Source: Chthoniobacterales bacterium | GTDB taxonomy: Bacteria > Verrucomicrobiota > Verrucomicrobiia > Chthoniobacterales > UBA10450 | Reading direction: 5' to 3' | Length of the DNA stretch: 64,000 nucleotides | Assembly: GCA_051001855.1 (NCBI GenBank) | Contig: JBPCMX010000006.1 | Coordinates: 35,039 to 99,038 of the forward strand | In this document: piece by piece, positions 1 through 10,412 of the stretch | Layout of the letters: every line of letters begins with the position of its first letter | Position numbering within the stretch: position 1 is the stretch's first letter | Notes under the pieces: generated by a model | The model's database searches: none | Told to the model about the DNA's origin: nothing | What the model saw: only the letters and a program-made list of their open reading frames with translations | Translations under genes and position numbers: made by a program

Positions 1-578
1 GCGAAGACGTTCTTTAATGCGCCGCCTAGTTCGATTCCGGTGGTTTCATTATCGGAATAAATGCGGAAAGCCGGGCTCCCGAGATACTGCTGCAGTTCCT
101 GCGCGCATTCCGGCTCCTCGCATCCGAGCACAGTCGCCGTGGGGAGATCGCGCGCGACTTCGAGCGCGAGATTCGGCCCGGAAAGGACCGCTACAGGGTG
201 GTTCGGGCAGGTCTGCGCCAGAATTTCGGTCATGCGCAGACCGGAGCCATGCTCGATTCCTTTTGTGCAACTCAAGAGAACCGCCGCCGGCGAAAGAAGC
301 GGCTGGATGCGCGCCGCCGTCTCGCGCAAGGCGGTCGACGGCGTCACAAACACCACCAGGTCGGCGCTCGCGCAGGCGGCGAGATCGTGTGTGACGTGGA
401 TCGCTTCCGGAAGCTTGAAGCCAGGGAGATGAGGGCTTTCGCGTGTCTTACGGAGATGCTCGACGTGTTCCGGGTTGTGCCCCCAGAGCAGGACGTCGTT
501 ACCGCGCTTTGCCCAGACCAACGCCAGGGCAGTCCCCCAGCTGCCGGCTCCCAGAATTGCTGTTCTTGTGAAATTCAC
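1..578 (-). CDS. gpsA: NAD(P)H-dependent glycerol-3-phosphate dehydrogenase (3' end cut by window edge)
   Basis: Absent from the ORF track because it runs off the edge. My translation of the minus strand from GTG at 578 gives VNFTRTAILGAGSWGTALALVWAKRGNDVLLWG ... TGIELGGALKNVFA at position 1. The Rossmann GxGxxG and ELGGALKNV motifs are typical of GpsA. The start overlaps the plsY stop by 4 nt. Confidence 0.85.
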   Translation of the reverse strand, partial: MNFTRTAILGAGSWGTALALVWAKRGNDVLLWGHNPEHVEHLRKTRESPHLPGFKLPEAIHVTHDLAACASADLVVFVTPSTALRETAARIQPLLSPAAVLLSCTKGIEHGSGLRMTEILAQTCPNHPVAVLSGPNLALEVARDLPTATVLGCEEPECAQELQQYLGSPAFRIYSDNETTGIELGGALKNVF

Positions 579-1201
579 TTACGTGTAAACCGCGGTTCAG
601 TGCCCTCTAAAAGGCGACTGATGTTCGAGCGATGGCGCCATATCACCAGCGCCGTCATGCCGATCGTGAAGTAAAGCAGCACTGGGCCGTGCACTTTCTG
701 CTGCACAAGCAGAGCGACAACCAGCGGCAGCGCCAGCGCGCCTAAAATCGAAGCCAGGGAGACGTAGCGGGTCGTCAGGAACACCGCAAGCCAGACAAGA
801 AAGATGGCACCGGCGGCAATGGGGACGATGCCCGCTAACGCGCCAACCGAGGTGGCGACTCCTTTGCCGCCTTTGAAGCGGAGCCAGACCGGGAAAGCGT
901 GGCCCGCGACGCAGGTTGCGGCTGCGAAAATGCCGAGAGGCTCGGCGTACTGCGCCGCATCCGGAACGAGCGAAACCAGCCACAACGCCAGCCGCACAGC
1001 GATAAAGCCTTTCAGGGCGTCGGCCGCAAAAACCGCGATCCCGTAGGGCCTTCCCAGAACACGTAAGACGTTGGTGGCTCCTATGTTACCGCTACCACAT
1101 TTGCGAACGTCCACCCCTGCGATTCGACCGGCGATCCAGCCATTCGGCACCGAACCCAGCAAATAGGCAGAGAGGAATGTGCAGGCTACGATCTGCCACA
1201 T
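575..1201 (-). CDS. plsY: glycerol-3-phosphate acyltransferase PlsY
   Basis: 208-aa polytopic membrane ORF. N-terminus LLGSVPNGWIAGRIAGVDVRKCGSGNIGATNVLRVLG matches the PlsY signature (GSGNxGATN). ATG at 1201. Confidence 0.9.
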   Translation of the reverse strand: MWQIVACTFLSAYLLGSVPNGWIAGRIAGVDVRKCGSGNIGATNVLRVLGRPYGIAVFAADALKGFIAVRLALWLVSLVPDAAQYAEPLGIFAAATCVAGHAFPVWLRFKGGKGVATSVGALAGIVPIAAGAIFLVWLAVFLTTRYVSLASILGALALPLVVALLVQQKVHGPVLLYFTIGMTALVIWRHRSNISRLLEGTEPRFTRK

Positions 1202-1213
1202 AACGAATGCTCC

Positions 1214-3088
1214 CTAGGCGTCCGCCGGGATAGCCGGTTCCATCCTCCGCCGTTTGCTCAGCCAGATCGAGATGATCGCAACGTCCGCTGGTGTAACCCC
1301 ACTGATGCGTGCCACTTGCCCTAAATGGGTCGGGCGGAAGGTATGGAGCTTTTGCCTCGTCTCCGGCCGTAGCCCGGGGATGTGATTGAAATCGAGCGCC
1401 TCTGGAATCGGCTGCAGAGCTCGGGAGGAGATCTGACGGTTTTGTGCTTCCTGCCGACGAGCATACCCTTCGTATTTCATCTCGCTCGCCACTAGTTCCC
1501 AGAGGAGCGGTGGTGCCGCACGCTGGATATCCGCGGGGAGGAGATTCACATTGAAATCGGTCCGTCGGATCAGCGTGCCGAGCAGTTCGCCCGCGACTCG
1601 AGTGGTGGCGATCAGTCTCCGCAACTCGTCCAACGCCTCCATTTTTGCGGTGAATGCTGACCAGCGATCGGCCGGGACCAGCCCCGCGGCTCTCCCTTTC
1701 GGTGTCAACCGCTGGTCAGCAGTATCCTGACGCAGCGACAGGCGCTCTTCCGCTCGACTGGTAAACATCCGATAAGGCTCGTCTGTGCCTCTGATCACAA
1801 GGTCGTCGATCAAAACACCGATATAGCCTTCGCTTCGACTGACGGTAAAAGGACCTTTCCCGAGAACAGCGAGCGCCGCATTCGCCCCCGCGACCAAGCC
1901 TTGGGCAGCTGCTTCTTCATATCCCGACGTGCCGTTGATCTGTCCGGCGAAATAAAGACCGCTCAGGCGCTTTGTCTCGAGGGTTTGTTTCAGCTGAGTG
2001 GGCGGGAAATAGTCGTACTCCACCGCATAGCCTGGGCGAACGATCTCTGCTCTCTCGAGTCCTGGGATGGTGCGTAGAAACGCCCGTTGGACCTCAAAGG
2101 GCAGACTGGTGGAGATGCCGTTGACATAAAATTCGTCGGTCTGGAGCCCTTCTGGCTCAAGAAAGAGCTGATGACTGGTCTTGTCGGCAAATTTTACCAC
2201 TTTGTCCTCGATCGAAGGACAATAGCGCGGCCCAGTGCCTTGGATGCGGCCGGCGTACAAGGGGGAGCGGTGGAGGTTATCGCGGATAATCTGGTGCGTC
2301 GCTGCCGTCGTGTGCGTGATCCAACAGGCGACTTGTTCCACGTGGAACGCGGCGGAGTTTAGCGTGAAAATCTCACCCGAACTACTGTGAGCCAAGGGAA
2401 GGAAACTGAAACGCGGAGGCGGGTCCTCGCCTGGCTGCCTTTCGCAACGCGCGAATTCCACCGATCGACCGCTGATCCGACAAGGGGTGCCGGTTTTGAA
2501 TCGGCCTACCTCGAAACCCAATTCGCGCAGATTGTCGCTTAGTCCCGAGGCGGTGTCGGCCATGCGACCGCCAGGCTTGGTGTTCTCACCTACGTGCAGC
2601 AGGCCGCGCAGAAACGTTCCGGCGGTGATTACGATCGAGCGGCAGCGAAGAGCCATTCCGATATCCGTTTCCACCCCTGTGACCTTATCGCCCGAAATGC
2701 GCACCCGCTGGACGGAGGCTTGTTTTATCTCCACGCGAGGCGTCCGCTCCAGTTCCCACTTCGCTCGAAACTGGTAAGCCTTTTTGTCACATTGCGCCCG
2801 CGGCGCTCGCACGCTCGCGCCCTTGGTGCGGTTTAGGAGACGGAACTGGATTCCTGTCGCGTCGGTGTTCCTACCCATGAAGCCGCCCAGCGCATCGATT
2901 TCCCTAACGATCTGTCCTTTAGCCAGTCCGCCGATGGCGGGGTTGCACGACATCTGTCCGATCGTGTCGAGATTCTGGGTGAGAAGAACCGTTGAACAAC
3001 CGAGGCGGGCCGCCGCCAGAGCAGCCTCAATCCCCGCGTGACCACTTCCCACCACCACCACGTCGTACTCTGTCGCGATCGTATACAT
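1214..3088 (-). CDS. mnmG: tRNA uridine-5-carboxymethylaminomethyl modification enzyme MnmG/GidA
   Basis: The track ORF (719 aa) has a 95-aa Arg/Gly-rich extension. The family-typical start [30 protein letters not shown] (FAD GxGxxG) is the ATG at 3088. The rest is collinear with GidA ([23 protein letters not shown]). Confidence 0.93.
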   Translation of the reverse strand: MYTIATEYDVVVVGSGHAGIEAALAAARLGCSTVLLTQNLDTIGQMSCNPAIGGLAKGQIVREIDALGGFMGRNTDATGIQFRLLNRTKGASVRAPRAQCDKKAYQFRAKWELERTPRVEIKQASVQRVRISGDKVTGVETDIGMALRCRSIVITAGTFLRGLLHVGENTKPGGRMADTASGLSDNLRELGFEVGRFKTGTPCRISGRSVEFARCERQPGEDPPPRFSFLPLAHSSSGEIFTLNSAAFHVEQVACWITHTTAATHQIIRDNLHRSPLYAGRIQGTGPRYCPSIEDKVVKFADKTSHQLFLEPEGLQTDEFYVNGISTSLPFEVQRAFLRTIPGLERAEIVRPGYAVEYDYFPPTQLKQTLETKRLSGLYFAGQINGTSGYEEAAAQGLVAGANAALAVLGKGPFTVSRSEGYIGVLIDDLVIRGTDEPYRMFTSRAEERLSLRQDTADQRLTPKGRAAGLVPADRWSAFTAKMEALDELRRLIATTRVAGELLGTLIRRTDFNVNLLPADIQRAAPPLLWELVASEMKYEGYARRQEAQNRQISSRALQPIPEALDFNHIPGLRPETRQKLHTFRPTHLGQVARISGVTPADVAIISIWLSKRRRMEPAIPADA

Positions 3089-3102
3089 GTTCCACGTGGA
3101 AC

Positions 3103-3492
3103 TTATTCGAGAATTCCCTGTCGGGGCCGCGGGAGTAGTTCGCCCAACGAATATTCTACGATTTCCCCCGCGAGGGTCGAAGTGACCACCCGAAGATCGC
3201 TGCCGAACTCGGCCAATACCTGACGGCACGCGCCGCATGGAACAACCGGCTCCTGCGAGTCCGCGACCAGTGCGATTGCCCGGAATTTTGTCGCGCCTCC
3301 CTGGATTGCGGCGCCAATCGCCACCCGCTCGGCGCACATCGTCAGCCCATAGGAAATGTTCTCCACATTGCATCCGCTGAACACCTGCCCATCTTCCGCC
3401 AGGAGAGCCGCTCCGACTTGGAAGCTGGAATAGGGGGCATAGGCCCGCGTCCGGGCTGCTGTCGCCACTCGGATCAATTCGTCGTCCTCCAT
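3103..3492 (-). CDS. cdd: cytidine deaminase
   Basis: The C-terminal 129 aa of the track ORF reads [30 protein letters not shown]...CAERVAI...[12 protein letters not shown] (the zinc-binding CAE and PCGxCRQ motifs). The upstream part of the track ORF overlaps the next gene and is not credible. Confidence 0.88.
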   Translation of the reverse strand: MEDDELIRVATAARTRAYAPYSSFQVGAALLAEDGQVFSGCNVENISYGLTMCAERVAIGAAIQGGATKFRAIALVADSQEPVVPCGACRQVLAEFGSDLRVVTSTLAGEIVEYSLGELLPRPRQGILE

Positions 3493-3503
3493 TTCGTCCA
3501 CGA

Positions 3504-4271
3504 CTATTTCGAGGCCGTTAAAGACTGGGTCGAGGGTAGCACCGGCAGCTGGATTGATTCCCGTTGCGCCGTTTCCTCCGCCTCTTTGAGCAAGCGGAGC
3601 GCGATTCTGCCAAGGAGCATCAACACGACGATCGAGCTCGCCAGTCCTCCACCCCAAACCCAGTACTCGATCAAGCGTGGATGACTCAATCCCCGCACGA
3701 GATTCAAACCCAGTTGGCCGAGCGTTCCGAGATAGGCGTAGAGGAACAATCCGGGCGCCTGACCGATCGCGACCCAAAGCATGCATGTGCGAAAACGAAT
3801 CGTCGTGAGGCCGTAGAGATAATTCAACAAACTCGTCGGAAATAATGGATGTAACTGGCTCAACAATATGATCTTCCATCCTTCACGTTCGACCGCCGGT
3901 TCCAGCGCTTCCAGTGTAGAATTACGCAGCAACCGCTGCCTCAGCCACTTCTGACCCACCCATCGGCTGATATAAAACGAGATCGCCGCGCCCCCCACAT
4001 TCCCCACCAGGCTGATGAAGAATCCCCACCAAAGACCGAAGAAGAACCCGCCGCCGATGCTCAGGAATCCCCCTGGCAAGAGCAGTACATTGCAGCATGC
4101 GTAGAGCAGCGGGTAACAGATGGCGCTCCACACGCCCCAATGCATGACCTGCTGTTGGATGGCGGCCAGCCAGTCCGCGATCGGAAAGAATCGCGAGAGG
4201 AGCAGTAGCGCCCCCAGGACAATGAGCAGCCCGGTGATCTGGACAAAGAGCGCGCGGCGGACTGCGACCAT
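3504..4271 (-). CDS. TVP38/TMEM64 (DedA-related) family membrane protein
   Basis: 255-aa polytopic membrane ORF. It has a family-like [16 protein letters not shown] ... ISRWVG segment and a conserved LSQLHPLFP...LNYLYG region. Confidence 0.75.
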   Translation of the reverse strand: MVAVRRALFVQITGLLIVLGALLLLSRFFPIADWLAAIQQQVMHWGVWSAICYPLLYACCNVLLLPGGFLSIGGGFFFGLWWGFFISLVGNVGGAAISFYISRWVGQKWLRQRLLRNSTLEALEPAVEREGWKIILLSQLHPLFPTSLLNYLYGLTTIRFRTCMLWVAIGQAPGLFLYAYLGTLGQLGLNLVRGLSHPRLIEYWVWGGGLASSIVVLMLLGRIALRLLKEAEETAQRESIQLPVLPSTQSLTASK

Positions 4272-4289
4272 CGCCGCACAGTCGTCACT

Positions 4290-6113
4290 TCACCGGCTAC
4301 GCGCAAACTCCGAAAGTTCCACGGTCGTTTCGTACTGCAGGAATGGCGTGATCAGATAAATGCCGTTGTAGTGCTCCAGCGCCGCGGCCGCGATTTCCTT
4401 TGCGAGCTTCACGCCACGAGCGCGCCCTTCGGTGCCTTCTGCGCCAGCCATTGCCGCGCGCACTGCATCCGGGACCACGATCCCCGGTACCTCGTTGTGC
4501 AGGAACTCCGCTTGCCGTCCACTGAGCAGCGGCCAGACGCCCATGAAGATCGGAATCCCGAGATGCTGTGTCCGGCGCTTCGTTTCCTCGATCAGGCGGA
4601 CGTCGAAGACCGGCTGGGTCATCGCATACTGCGCGCCCGCGGCGACCTTGCGCTCGAGGCGGTTCACTTGTGAATCGAGGTTGCGCGCATTGGGGTTGAA
4701 GGTGCAACCGATGACGAAGCCGGTGAGAGACTTGATCGATTTGCCGGCGTGGCTGAAACCTTCGTTCAGGCGTTTGATGATCGCGATCAACTCGACCGAG
4801 TTCACATCGTAAACCGAGGCCGCGCCCGGGTGGTCGCCGACGCGCGCCGGATCACCGGTCAGTGGCAAAACGTGCCGCATCCCGAGCGCCGCCATCCCGA
4901 GAAGTTCGCTCTGCAGTCCAAGTATATTGCGATCGCGGCAGCTCAGATGCAGCAGCGGCGTAATCCCGAATCGTTCCTTGAGCATCGCCGCGACCGCGAG
5001 ATTGCTGACGCGCAAGATCGCGAGCGAATTGTCAGCCAGCGTGATCGCATCGCATCCCGCTTTCACGAGTGCTTGTGCGCCGAGAAAATACTTCTCGAGC
5101 GCCAGCGTCTTCGGCGGGTCCAGCTCACAAATAATGACGCGTTTCCCCTGCGCCATGCGCTCGAGCAAACTCTCCTCCGCCGTCGCTTCAGCGGCGCGGT
5201 TGCGCACCGGCAGCGGCTCCGCCATCACCCGCACTGTCTTGCTGCGCACCGGCTCCAGCTCCGTAATTGCGGAAGCGATCGCGCGGATATGCGTGGAATT
5301 GGTTCCGCAACAACCACCAATCAGCCGGGCGCCCTGCGCCACCATCTCGCGCGCGGCCTGCGCAAAATACTCGGGCGCGGTGTGGTAAAGGAAACGCCCG
5401 TTGGTGTATTTCGGATAACCAGCGTTCGGGTACGCGGCGAGCGGACCATCGAGCGGCACCCGTTCCAACAGTTGCACCATCCCGTGAGGGCCGTTCATGC
5501 AATTCAGCCCCATGATTTGGACGCCAGCTTCGCGCAACTTCCCGAAGGCCTCGACCACCGGCATGCCGGAGGAGAGCCGCCCTTCCGCGGCGCAGGCGAA
5601 CGAGCAAATCGCTCGCTCGTTACCGAGTTCCTTCGCGACCCCGAAGGCGAGCGCCATTTCCTCGAAATCCATGAAGGTCTCGAAGAAGAGCCACTCCGCG
5701 CCGCCTTCCAACAGGCCGGAGATTTGATCGCGGAAACATTGGGCGCGATCGATGCCGCGCGCGCCGGCTTCATCCGCGCTGATCCCGAGCGGTCCGATAC
5801 TGCCCGCAACGCACACCTCCTTCCCGGCCGCCGCTGCCCTTGCCAGTTGCGCGGCCGCGCGATTGATCTCGACGACCTTCTCTTCGAATCCAAAGCGTTC
5901 GAGCCGCACCGCATTCCCGCCGAAGGTATTCGTCTCGATCACCCGCGCGCCGGCCGCGATGTATTCGTCGTGGATCGCACGGATGCACTCCGGCTCGCTG
6001 AGGCACAGCTCCTCGAAGCAAGCCTCGATCGCGACCCCGCGATCGAGCAGCAATGTGCCGAGCGCGCCATCGCCGCAGATGACGCGGGTTTGCAGTTCAT
6101 CAAGCAAGTCCAC
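4290..6113 (-). CDS. bifunctional homocysteine S-methyltransferase / 5,10-methylenetetrahydrofolate reductase (YitJ-like)
   Basis: 607 aa. The N-terminal half resembles the Hcy-binding domain (ICGDGALGTLL, GGCCGT). The C-terminal half resembles MTHFR (ICELDPPK, YAMTQPVFD, FMGVWPL). Confidence 0.85.
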   Translation of the reverse strand: MDLLDELQTRVICGDGALGTLLLDRGVAIEACFEELCLSEPECIRAIHDEYIAAGARVIETNTFGGNAVRLERFGFEEKVVEINRAAAQLARAAAAGKEVCVAGSIGPLGISADEAGARGIDRAQCFRDQISGLLEGGAEWLFFETFMDFEEMALAFGVAKELGNERAICSFACAAEGRLSSGMPVVEAFGKLREAGVQIMGLNCMNGPHGMVQLLERVPLDGPLAAYPNAGYPKYTNGRFLYHTAPEYFAQAAREMVAQGARLIGGCCGTNSTHIRAIASAITELEPVRSKTVRVMAEPLPVRNRAAEATAEESLLERMAQGKRVIICELDPPKTLALEKYFLGAQALVKAGCDAITLADNSLAILRVSNLAVAAMLKERFGITPLLHLSCRDRNILGLQSELLGMAALGMRHVLPLTGDPARVGDHPGAASVYDVNSVELIAIIKRLNEGFSHAGKSIKSLTGFVIGCTFNPNARNLDSQVNRLERKVAAGAQYAMTQPVFDVRLIEETKRRTQHLGIPIFMGVWPLLSGRQAEFLHNEVPGIVVPDAVRAAMAGAEGTEGRARGVKLAKEIAAAALEHYNGIYLITPFLQYETTVELSEFARSR

Positions 6114-6214
6114 CGGGCTTGGGATTAACGTCGCGCCGCCGTCCGGTCAATGGTGGCAGCCAATTCGCTGATGCGCCCTCCTGGCTCGGAGTGTAGGCTG
6201 GCGGCGTTCTCCCC

Positions 6215-8752
6215 ATGAAACTCATGAGACTTTCTCTCGCGGGGATCTGTTGCGCGGCGGCGCTCGCGCTCGCCGATGGGCAAACTACCTCGCCCGCGTC
6301 CGCTTCCCGTCTTCCAAACCTCGACCGGCGCCGGTTGCCGGCTGCGTTGCAAAATGTACCGCTCGATCGCCTCTCGTCCGGCGCGCTCCTCCGGCTGGAT
6401 CTCGATGGCGATCTGGTGGAAACGCCGGCTGCGCGTGAGGCGCACGTCCACTCTCGAGAGGCGCCCTCCGGTGCAGCGCGCGAGTCATCCGAGGTCTCGT
6501 TAGACCGGCGCGTCGGAGCGAACATCCGCCTCGGCGACGATCCAGCGCCGCTGCCGGAAGGAATGGGTGCCCAGGCCGAGCCGCACATCGCGCGCGCGAT
6601 CGGCAACCCGGACTTTCTGCTCGCCACTTTTCAGGAAGGCCGCCGCACCGATGGCGGAGCGGTCGACTGCGGCTATGCAGTGAGCCACGATGGCGGGCTC
6701 AGCTGGAGACGCGCGCTCATTCCCGGTCTCACGACCGCGAGCGGCGGCACATTACTGCGCGCGACTGATCCGGTCGCCGGGATCGACCTCGCGGGGACCG
6801 CATTTCTTAACACGCTCGGCGCGACCAACACGCAGTTCACTACGGGCGCAGTGGTGGTGAGCCGCTCGACCGATGGCGGCAATACCTTCGCGCCGCCCGT
6901 GGTGGTATATCAGTCGCCGAACTCTACCCAATTTCCCGACAAGAACTGGATGGCGATCAACAATTTCGCCACGACCGCAACGGCCGGGCGGGTGGTGGTC
7001 ACTTATACGCTCTTCACCGGCACGGCGCCGAACGGCGGGGCGGTGATGCGTTCGTTTAGCGACGATCACGGCGGCACGTGGAGCCCGCCGGCGCAAGCCG
7101 CCGAGGGGCGGCAGGATGCCCAGGGCTCGCAGCCGGTCTTCCTCTCCGACGGGAAACTGGCGATCGTCTATTGGAACTTCAACAACACGCTATCGTTTGC
7201 GGATGATTTCATCGAGGTGGTGGTCTCCGACAATGGCGGCAACACCTTCGGCCCGCCGCGCTTTGTCACGAACGTAGATCTCTACTCTGAGTCGCAGATT
7301 CGGAATGGCGGGTTCCTGCCAGCGGCAGTCGCTGATCGCGTCGGGAACCTCTACATCGTCTACCAGGCACTGTTTGCCGGCACGCCAAAGATCATGTTTA
7401 CGAAATCGCCCGACGCGGGCGTGAGTTGGAGCACGCCGATCCCGATCAGTGACAGCGGAGGGACCGGGGTCTTCAATGCCGCACTCGGCGCTTCGCCCGA
7501 CGGGCAAACGCTGACTGCGGTCTTCTATGATCATCGGGCGAACCCTGGTTCCGGCACACTGGTGGACATGTTTCTGGCGCAGTCGTTCGATGGCGGCGCG
7601 ACCTGGCAGCCGAACATCCGACTGACCCCCGTCTCCACTGACGCCTCCCTGGCGCCGCTCACGAGCAATGGCTACATGCTGGGCGATTATCTCGGCGTGG
7701 TGGAAGCGACAACGCGCGATGTCCCGGCGGTCCCGGTCTGGATCGATACCCGCACCGGCGATCCCGATCCCTGGGTGGCGCGCGTGGGGATTGCGCCGGC
7801 GTTCGACTTCCGCAGCTGGCAGGCGGCGCACCTCTCGTTAGGCCAGATCAACGAGCCTGCACTCGGACAGCAAGCCGGCGATGCTGATGGGGACGGCGAG
7901 GACAATCTCTCGGAATTCCAGAGCGGCACGGACCCGAACGATCCCGCGTCCGTCGCGCACACTTCGCGCCAGGTAAACATCTCCACCCGCACGCGCGTGG
8001 AAGGCGGCGAGCACGTGCTGATCGGAGGCTTCATCATCACCGGCTCGGAGCCGAAGCGCGTGCTGGCTCGCGCCATCGGACCTTCGCTCGCCCAGTTTGG
8101 CGTGGCCGACGCGCTGCCCGATCCGACGCTCGAGCTGGTACCGGAAAGCGGGCCCATGATTTTCAACGACGACTGGCAGGAAACGGATGCGGAGGCTATT
8201 CGCGTCACCGGCATCCCGCCGCGCGACTCCCGCGAATCAGCCATCGTGCAGACGCTGGCGCCGGGCCGTTACACCGCGATCGTGCGGAGCAAAACTGGCG
8301 CGCCGGGGATAGGGCTGATCGAACTCTACGACCTCGACCCGGCAGCAAACTCGCGCTTCGGGAACCTGAGCAGCCGCGGGTTGGTCGCTCCGGGTGCGGA
8401 CAATGTGATGATCGGCGGAGTGATCGTCGGCCCTGGCACAGGGGTAAGCGGTGCTGGTAGCGCGCGCGTTGCGCTGCGCGGGATGGGCCCGTCGCTCGCG
8501 CAAAGCGGCATCGCCGACGCTTTGCAGGATCCGGAGTTGCTGGTGTTCGACGCGAACGCGAACCTCGTCGCCTCGAACGACAACTGGCGCAGCTCGCAGG
8601 AAGCGGAGTTGCAGACTTTGGGCCTCGCGCCGGGCGACGAGCGCGAGGCGGCATTCGTCACTACGCTGCGACGGGGAAATTACACCGCGATCGTGCGCGG
8701 CAAAGACGGGACGACCGGCGTCGCGCTGGTTGAGGCTTATTACATCCCATGA
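6215..8752 (+). CDS. secreted BNR/Asp-box (sialidase-fold) repeat protein with two tandem uncharacterised C-terminal domains
   Basis: Signal-peptide-like MKLMRLSLAGICCAAALALA. Six Asp-box-like motifs (SHDGGLSW, STDGGNTF, SDDHGGTW, SDNGGNTF, SPDAGVSW, SFDGGATW). A calcium-binding-like GDADGDGEDNLSEFQSGTDPNDP motif. Then two paralogous domains of about 130 aa (7973-8359 and 8360-8749). Confidence 0.8.
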   Translation: MKLMRLSLAGICCAAALALADGQTTSPASASRLPNLDRRRLPAALQNVPLDRLSSGALLRLDLDGDLVETPAAREAHVHSREAPSGAARESSEVSLDRRVGANIRLGDDPAPLPEGMGAQAEPHIARAIGNPDFLLATFQEGRRTDGGAVDCGYAVSHDGGLSWRRALIPGLTTASGGTLLRATDPVAGIDLAGTAFLNTLGATNTQFTTGAVVVSRSTDGGNTFAPPVVVYQSPNSTQFPDKNWMAINNFATTATAGRVVVTYTLFTGTAPNGGAVMRSFSDDHGGTWSPPAQAAEGRQDAQGSQPVFLSDGKLAIVYWNFNNTLSFADDFIEVVVSDNGGNTFGPPRFVTNVDLYSESQIRNGGFLPAAVADRVGNLYIVYQALFAGTPKIMFTKSPDAGVSWSTPIPISDSGGTGVFNAALGASPDGQTLTAVFYDHRANPGSGTLVDMFLAQSFDGGATWQPNIRLTPVSTDASLAPLTSNGYMLGDYLGVVEATTRDVPAVPVWIDTRTGDPDPWVARVGIAPAFDFRSWQAAHLSLGQINEPALGQQAGDADGDGEDNLSEFQSGTDPNDPASVAHTSRQVNISTRTRVEGGEHVLIGGFIITGSEPKRVLARAIGPSLAQFGVADALPDPTLELVPESGPMIFNDDWQETDAEAIRVTGIPPRDSRESAIVQTLAPGRYTAIVRSKTGAPGIGLIELYDLDPAANSRFGNLSSRGLVAPGADNVMIGGVIVGPGTGVSGAGSARVALRGMGPSLAQSGIADALQDPELLVFDANANLVASNDNWRSSQEAELQTLGLAPGDEREAAFVTTLRRGNYTAIVRGKDGTTGVALVEAYYIP

Positions 8753-8884
8753 AGCGCCGGGTGCTCGCGGGGACGGCGGTGGGCGCAGTGGTCTGGTGCA
8801 GTTGGATTATTCCCACCGCGGCAGGCTAAAAACAGCCGCGCACGCGTATGCGACCGTCCGGTCGCTTCATTTCGGAAAGCGGAG

Positions 8885-9253
8885 TTGCTCGTCGCCGGCC
8901 GGCCGAAGTCGGACGCGATGGGGCAATTTGGTCGAATCACGACGCTGGCTGATTTGCCACCGGACGAGGTGCTGATCGGCTACGTGCGCCAGGCCGCGGC
9001 GTTGAACGCCGCGCAGGTAAAACTACCACAGACACGTGGCCTGCCCGAGACGCTGGTGGTGCCGGATGACCTCGCGCGCGCTCTGCGCCACCACCCGGAA
9101 GCGCGGGAAACGTTCGAGAGCTTCAGCTACAGCCGCCGCAAGGAATACGCGGGGATCGCGGACGCGAAGCGCCCCGAGACGCGCGCACGGCGAGTGGCGA
9201 GCGCGCTTGAGTGGCTCGCCGAAGGGAAACCGCGGAATTGGAAGCACCTTTAG
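8885..9253 (+). CDS. YdeI/OmpD-associated family protein (short form)
   Basis: The C-terminal part ...PDDLARALRHHPEARETFESFSYSRRKEYAGIADAKRPETRARRVASALEWLAEGK resembles the YdeI (bacteriocin-protection) domain. Start is uncertain: TTG at 8885 or ATG at 8918. An in-frame stop at 8750 precludes a longer N-terminal domain. Confidence 0.55.
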   Translation: MLVAGRPKSDAMGQFGRITTLADLPPDEVLIGYVRQAAALNAAQVKLPQTRGLPETLVVPDDLARALRHHPEARETFESFSYSRRKEYAGIADAKRPETRARRVASALEWLAEGKPRNWKHL

Positions 9254-9272
9254 CTCGCGCCGCGAGAGTTCG

Positions 9273-10100
9273 TCACGGCGCGATGGCAAAGACGCGGGCG
9301 GGGAACCCGGAACCGGCCTTTGGCTTCGGAAAACTCACGATCACGATCGCGCCGGACTCGGGCACCTGATCCAGATTCGTCAATAGTTCGATCTGATAAT
9401 GGTTCGTGCCCAGCACGTAAGTCTCGAGGGAATAGTCTTCTTTCGACGTCGCGCTCCCTGGGTCGGTATCCGTCGTCTCGTGTCCGCTCGCGGTGATCTT
9501 CCGCTCCTCGTACAGATACTGCAGCGTCTCTTTGCTCCATCCGGGATAATGCGCCACCCCGGCCGCATCTTTGTTCTCCATTTTGGCGGCGTCCGGCCAG
9601 CGCTTTGACCAATCGGTCCGCAGCGCCACAAACGCTCCCGCGGGAATTGCGCCGTGCTCGGCTTCCCACTTTTTCACCCGTTCGAGCGTGAGGGCGTAGT
9701 CGGGGTTCTTAGCCACCTCACTGTGCACATCAATCACCACCAGGGGCAGGATCATCTCCTTCAGCTCAATTTGATCCACGGTGCGCAGCCCCTTTACGAA
9801 ATGCGCCGGCGGGTCGACGTGTGTCCCCCATTGACCGACGTGCGTGTAGACCTCGGAAAAAAAACCGTCGCCCATCGAGCCTTGGCCCTTTTGGTAGCCG
9901 TAGATTGTTTCCCGCTTCTCGTCGGGGAAACCGGGCCACCGCGGGATCCCGGGCTCGAACGCGTGCGTGAGATCAACCAGCTTTTTTTTCACGAGAATCT
10001 GCTGGATGCGCGCGAGGCTTGGTTCATCCGCGTTTACAGAGGCAATGATTCCCGATGCGATAGCTCCGGTGAGGGCGAGGGCGAGCGGGAAATGGCGCAT
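9273..10100 (-). CDS. secreted cyclase family protein (kynurenine formamidase-like fold)
   Basis: 275 aa with a signal peptide MRHFPLALALTGAIASG. DLTHAFEPGIP ... GTHVDPPAHF is the putative-cyclase HxGTHxDxPxH signature. Confidence 0.8.
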   Translation of the reverse strand: MRHFPLALALTGAIASGIIASVNADEPSLARIQQILVKKKLVDLTHAFEPGIPRWPGFPDEKRETIYGYQKGQGSMGDGFFSEVYTHVGQWGTHVDPPAHFVKGLRTVDQIELKEMILPLVVIDVHSEVAKNPDYALTLERVKKWEAEHGAIPAGAFVALRTDWSKRWPDAAKMENKDAAGVAHYPGWSKETLQYLYEERKITASGHETTDTDPGSATSKEDYSLETYVLGTNHYQIELLTNLDQVPESGAIVIVSFPKPKAGSGFPARVFAIAP

Positions 10101-10412
10101 CCGCCCGTGTTAAATCATTGCGCAATAAGAAGCCAATAAGTTCGAATAATGATCAACAGTTTTCGTCTGCTCCAACCCGCGGGTGGTTTCTCGCGGGTCG
10201 CGCCGCGGTTATCCACAGGAGTTGCACTGCGGTTCTTTTAGAGGTGCCGGGATGGTCTCGGGCCGGTTATTGGAACGCTTAAGATTAAGATATTGTATCG
10301 GTTTAATAAATTAATCTCAGGAGCATTGTGAAGAAACCGGCTGCCGCGATTGCCTTCCCGTAACTCTCTTTGCAATAATCTCACCATAACTGCGTCTGAT
10401 AAATTCCCCCCG

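Noticed and set aside
27-41. TAGTTCGATTCCGGT, a tRNA T-arm-like motif
   Set aside because: It lies inside the gpsA reading frame (it encodes ...TTGIELG...). There is no acceptor or anticodon stem around it.
3089-3373. 95-codon N-terminal extension of mnmG
   Set aside because: It is Arg/Gly-rich and overlaps cdd on the same strand. The family-typical FAD-binding N-terminus begins at the ATG at 3088.
4749-6128. 459-aa plus-strand ORF
   Set aside because: It is exactly antisense to the well-supported homocysteine methyltransferase/MTHFR gene. The product is Arg/Ala/Leu-rich low complexity with no motifs. This is a typical shadow ORF of high-GC DNA.
6114-6214. Possible SAM-type riboswitch in the 100-nt leader of the methionine-cycle gene
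   Set aside because: No recognisable SAM-I/II/IV core could be matched by eye, and the gap is short and shared with a divergent gene.
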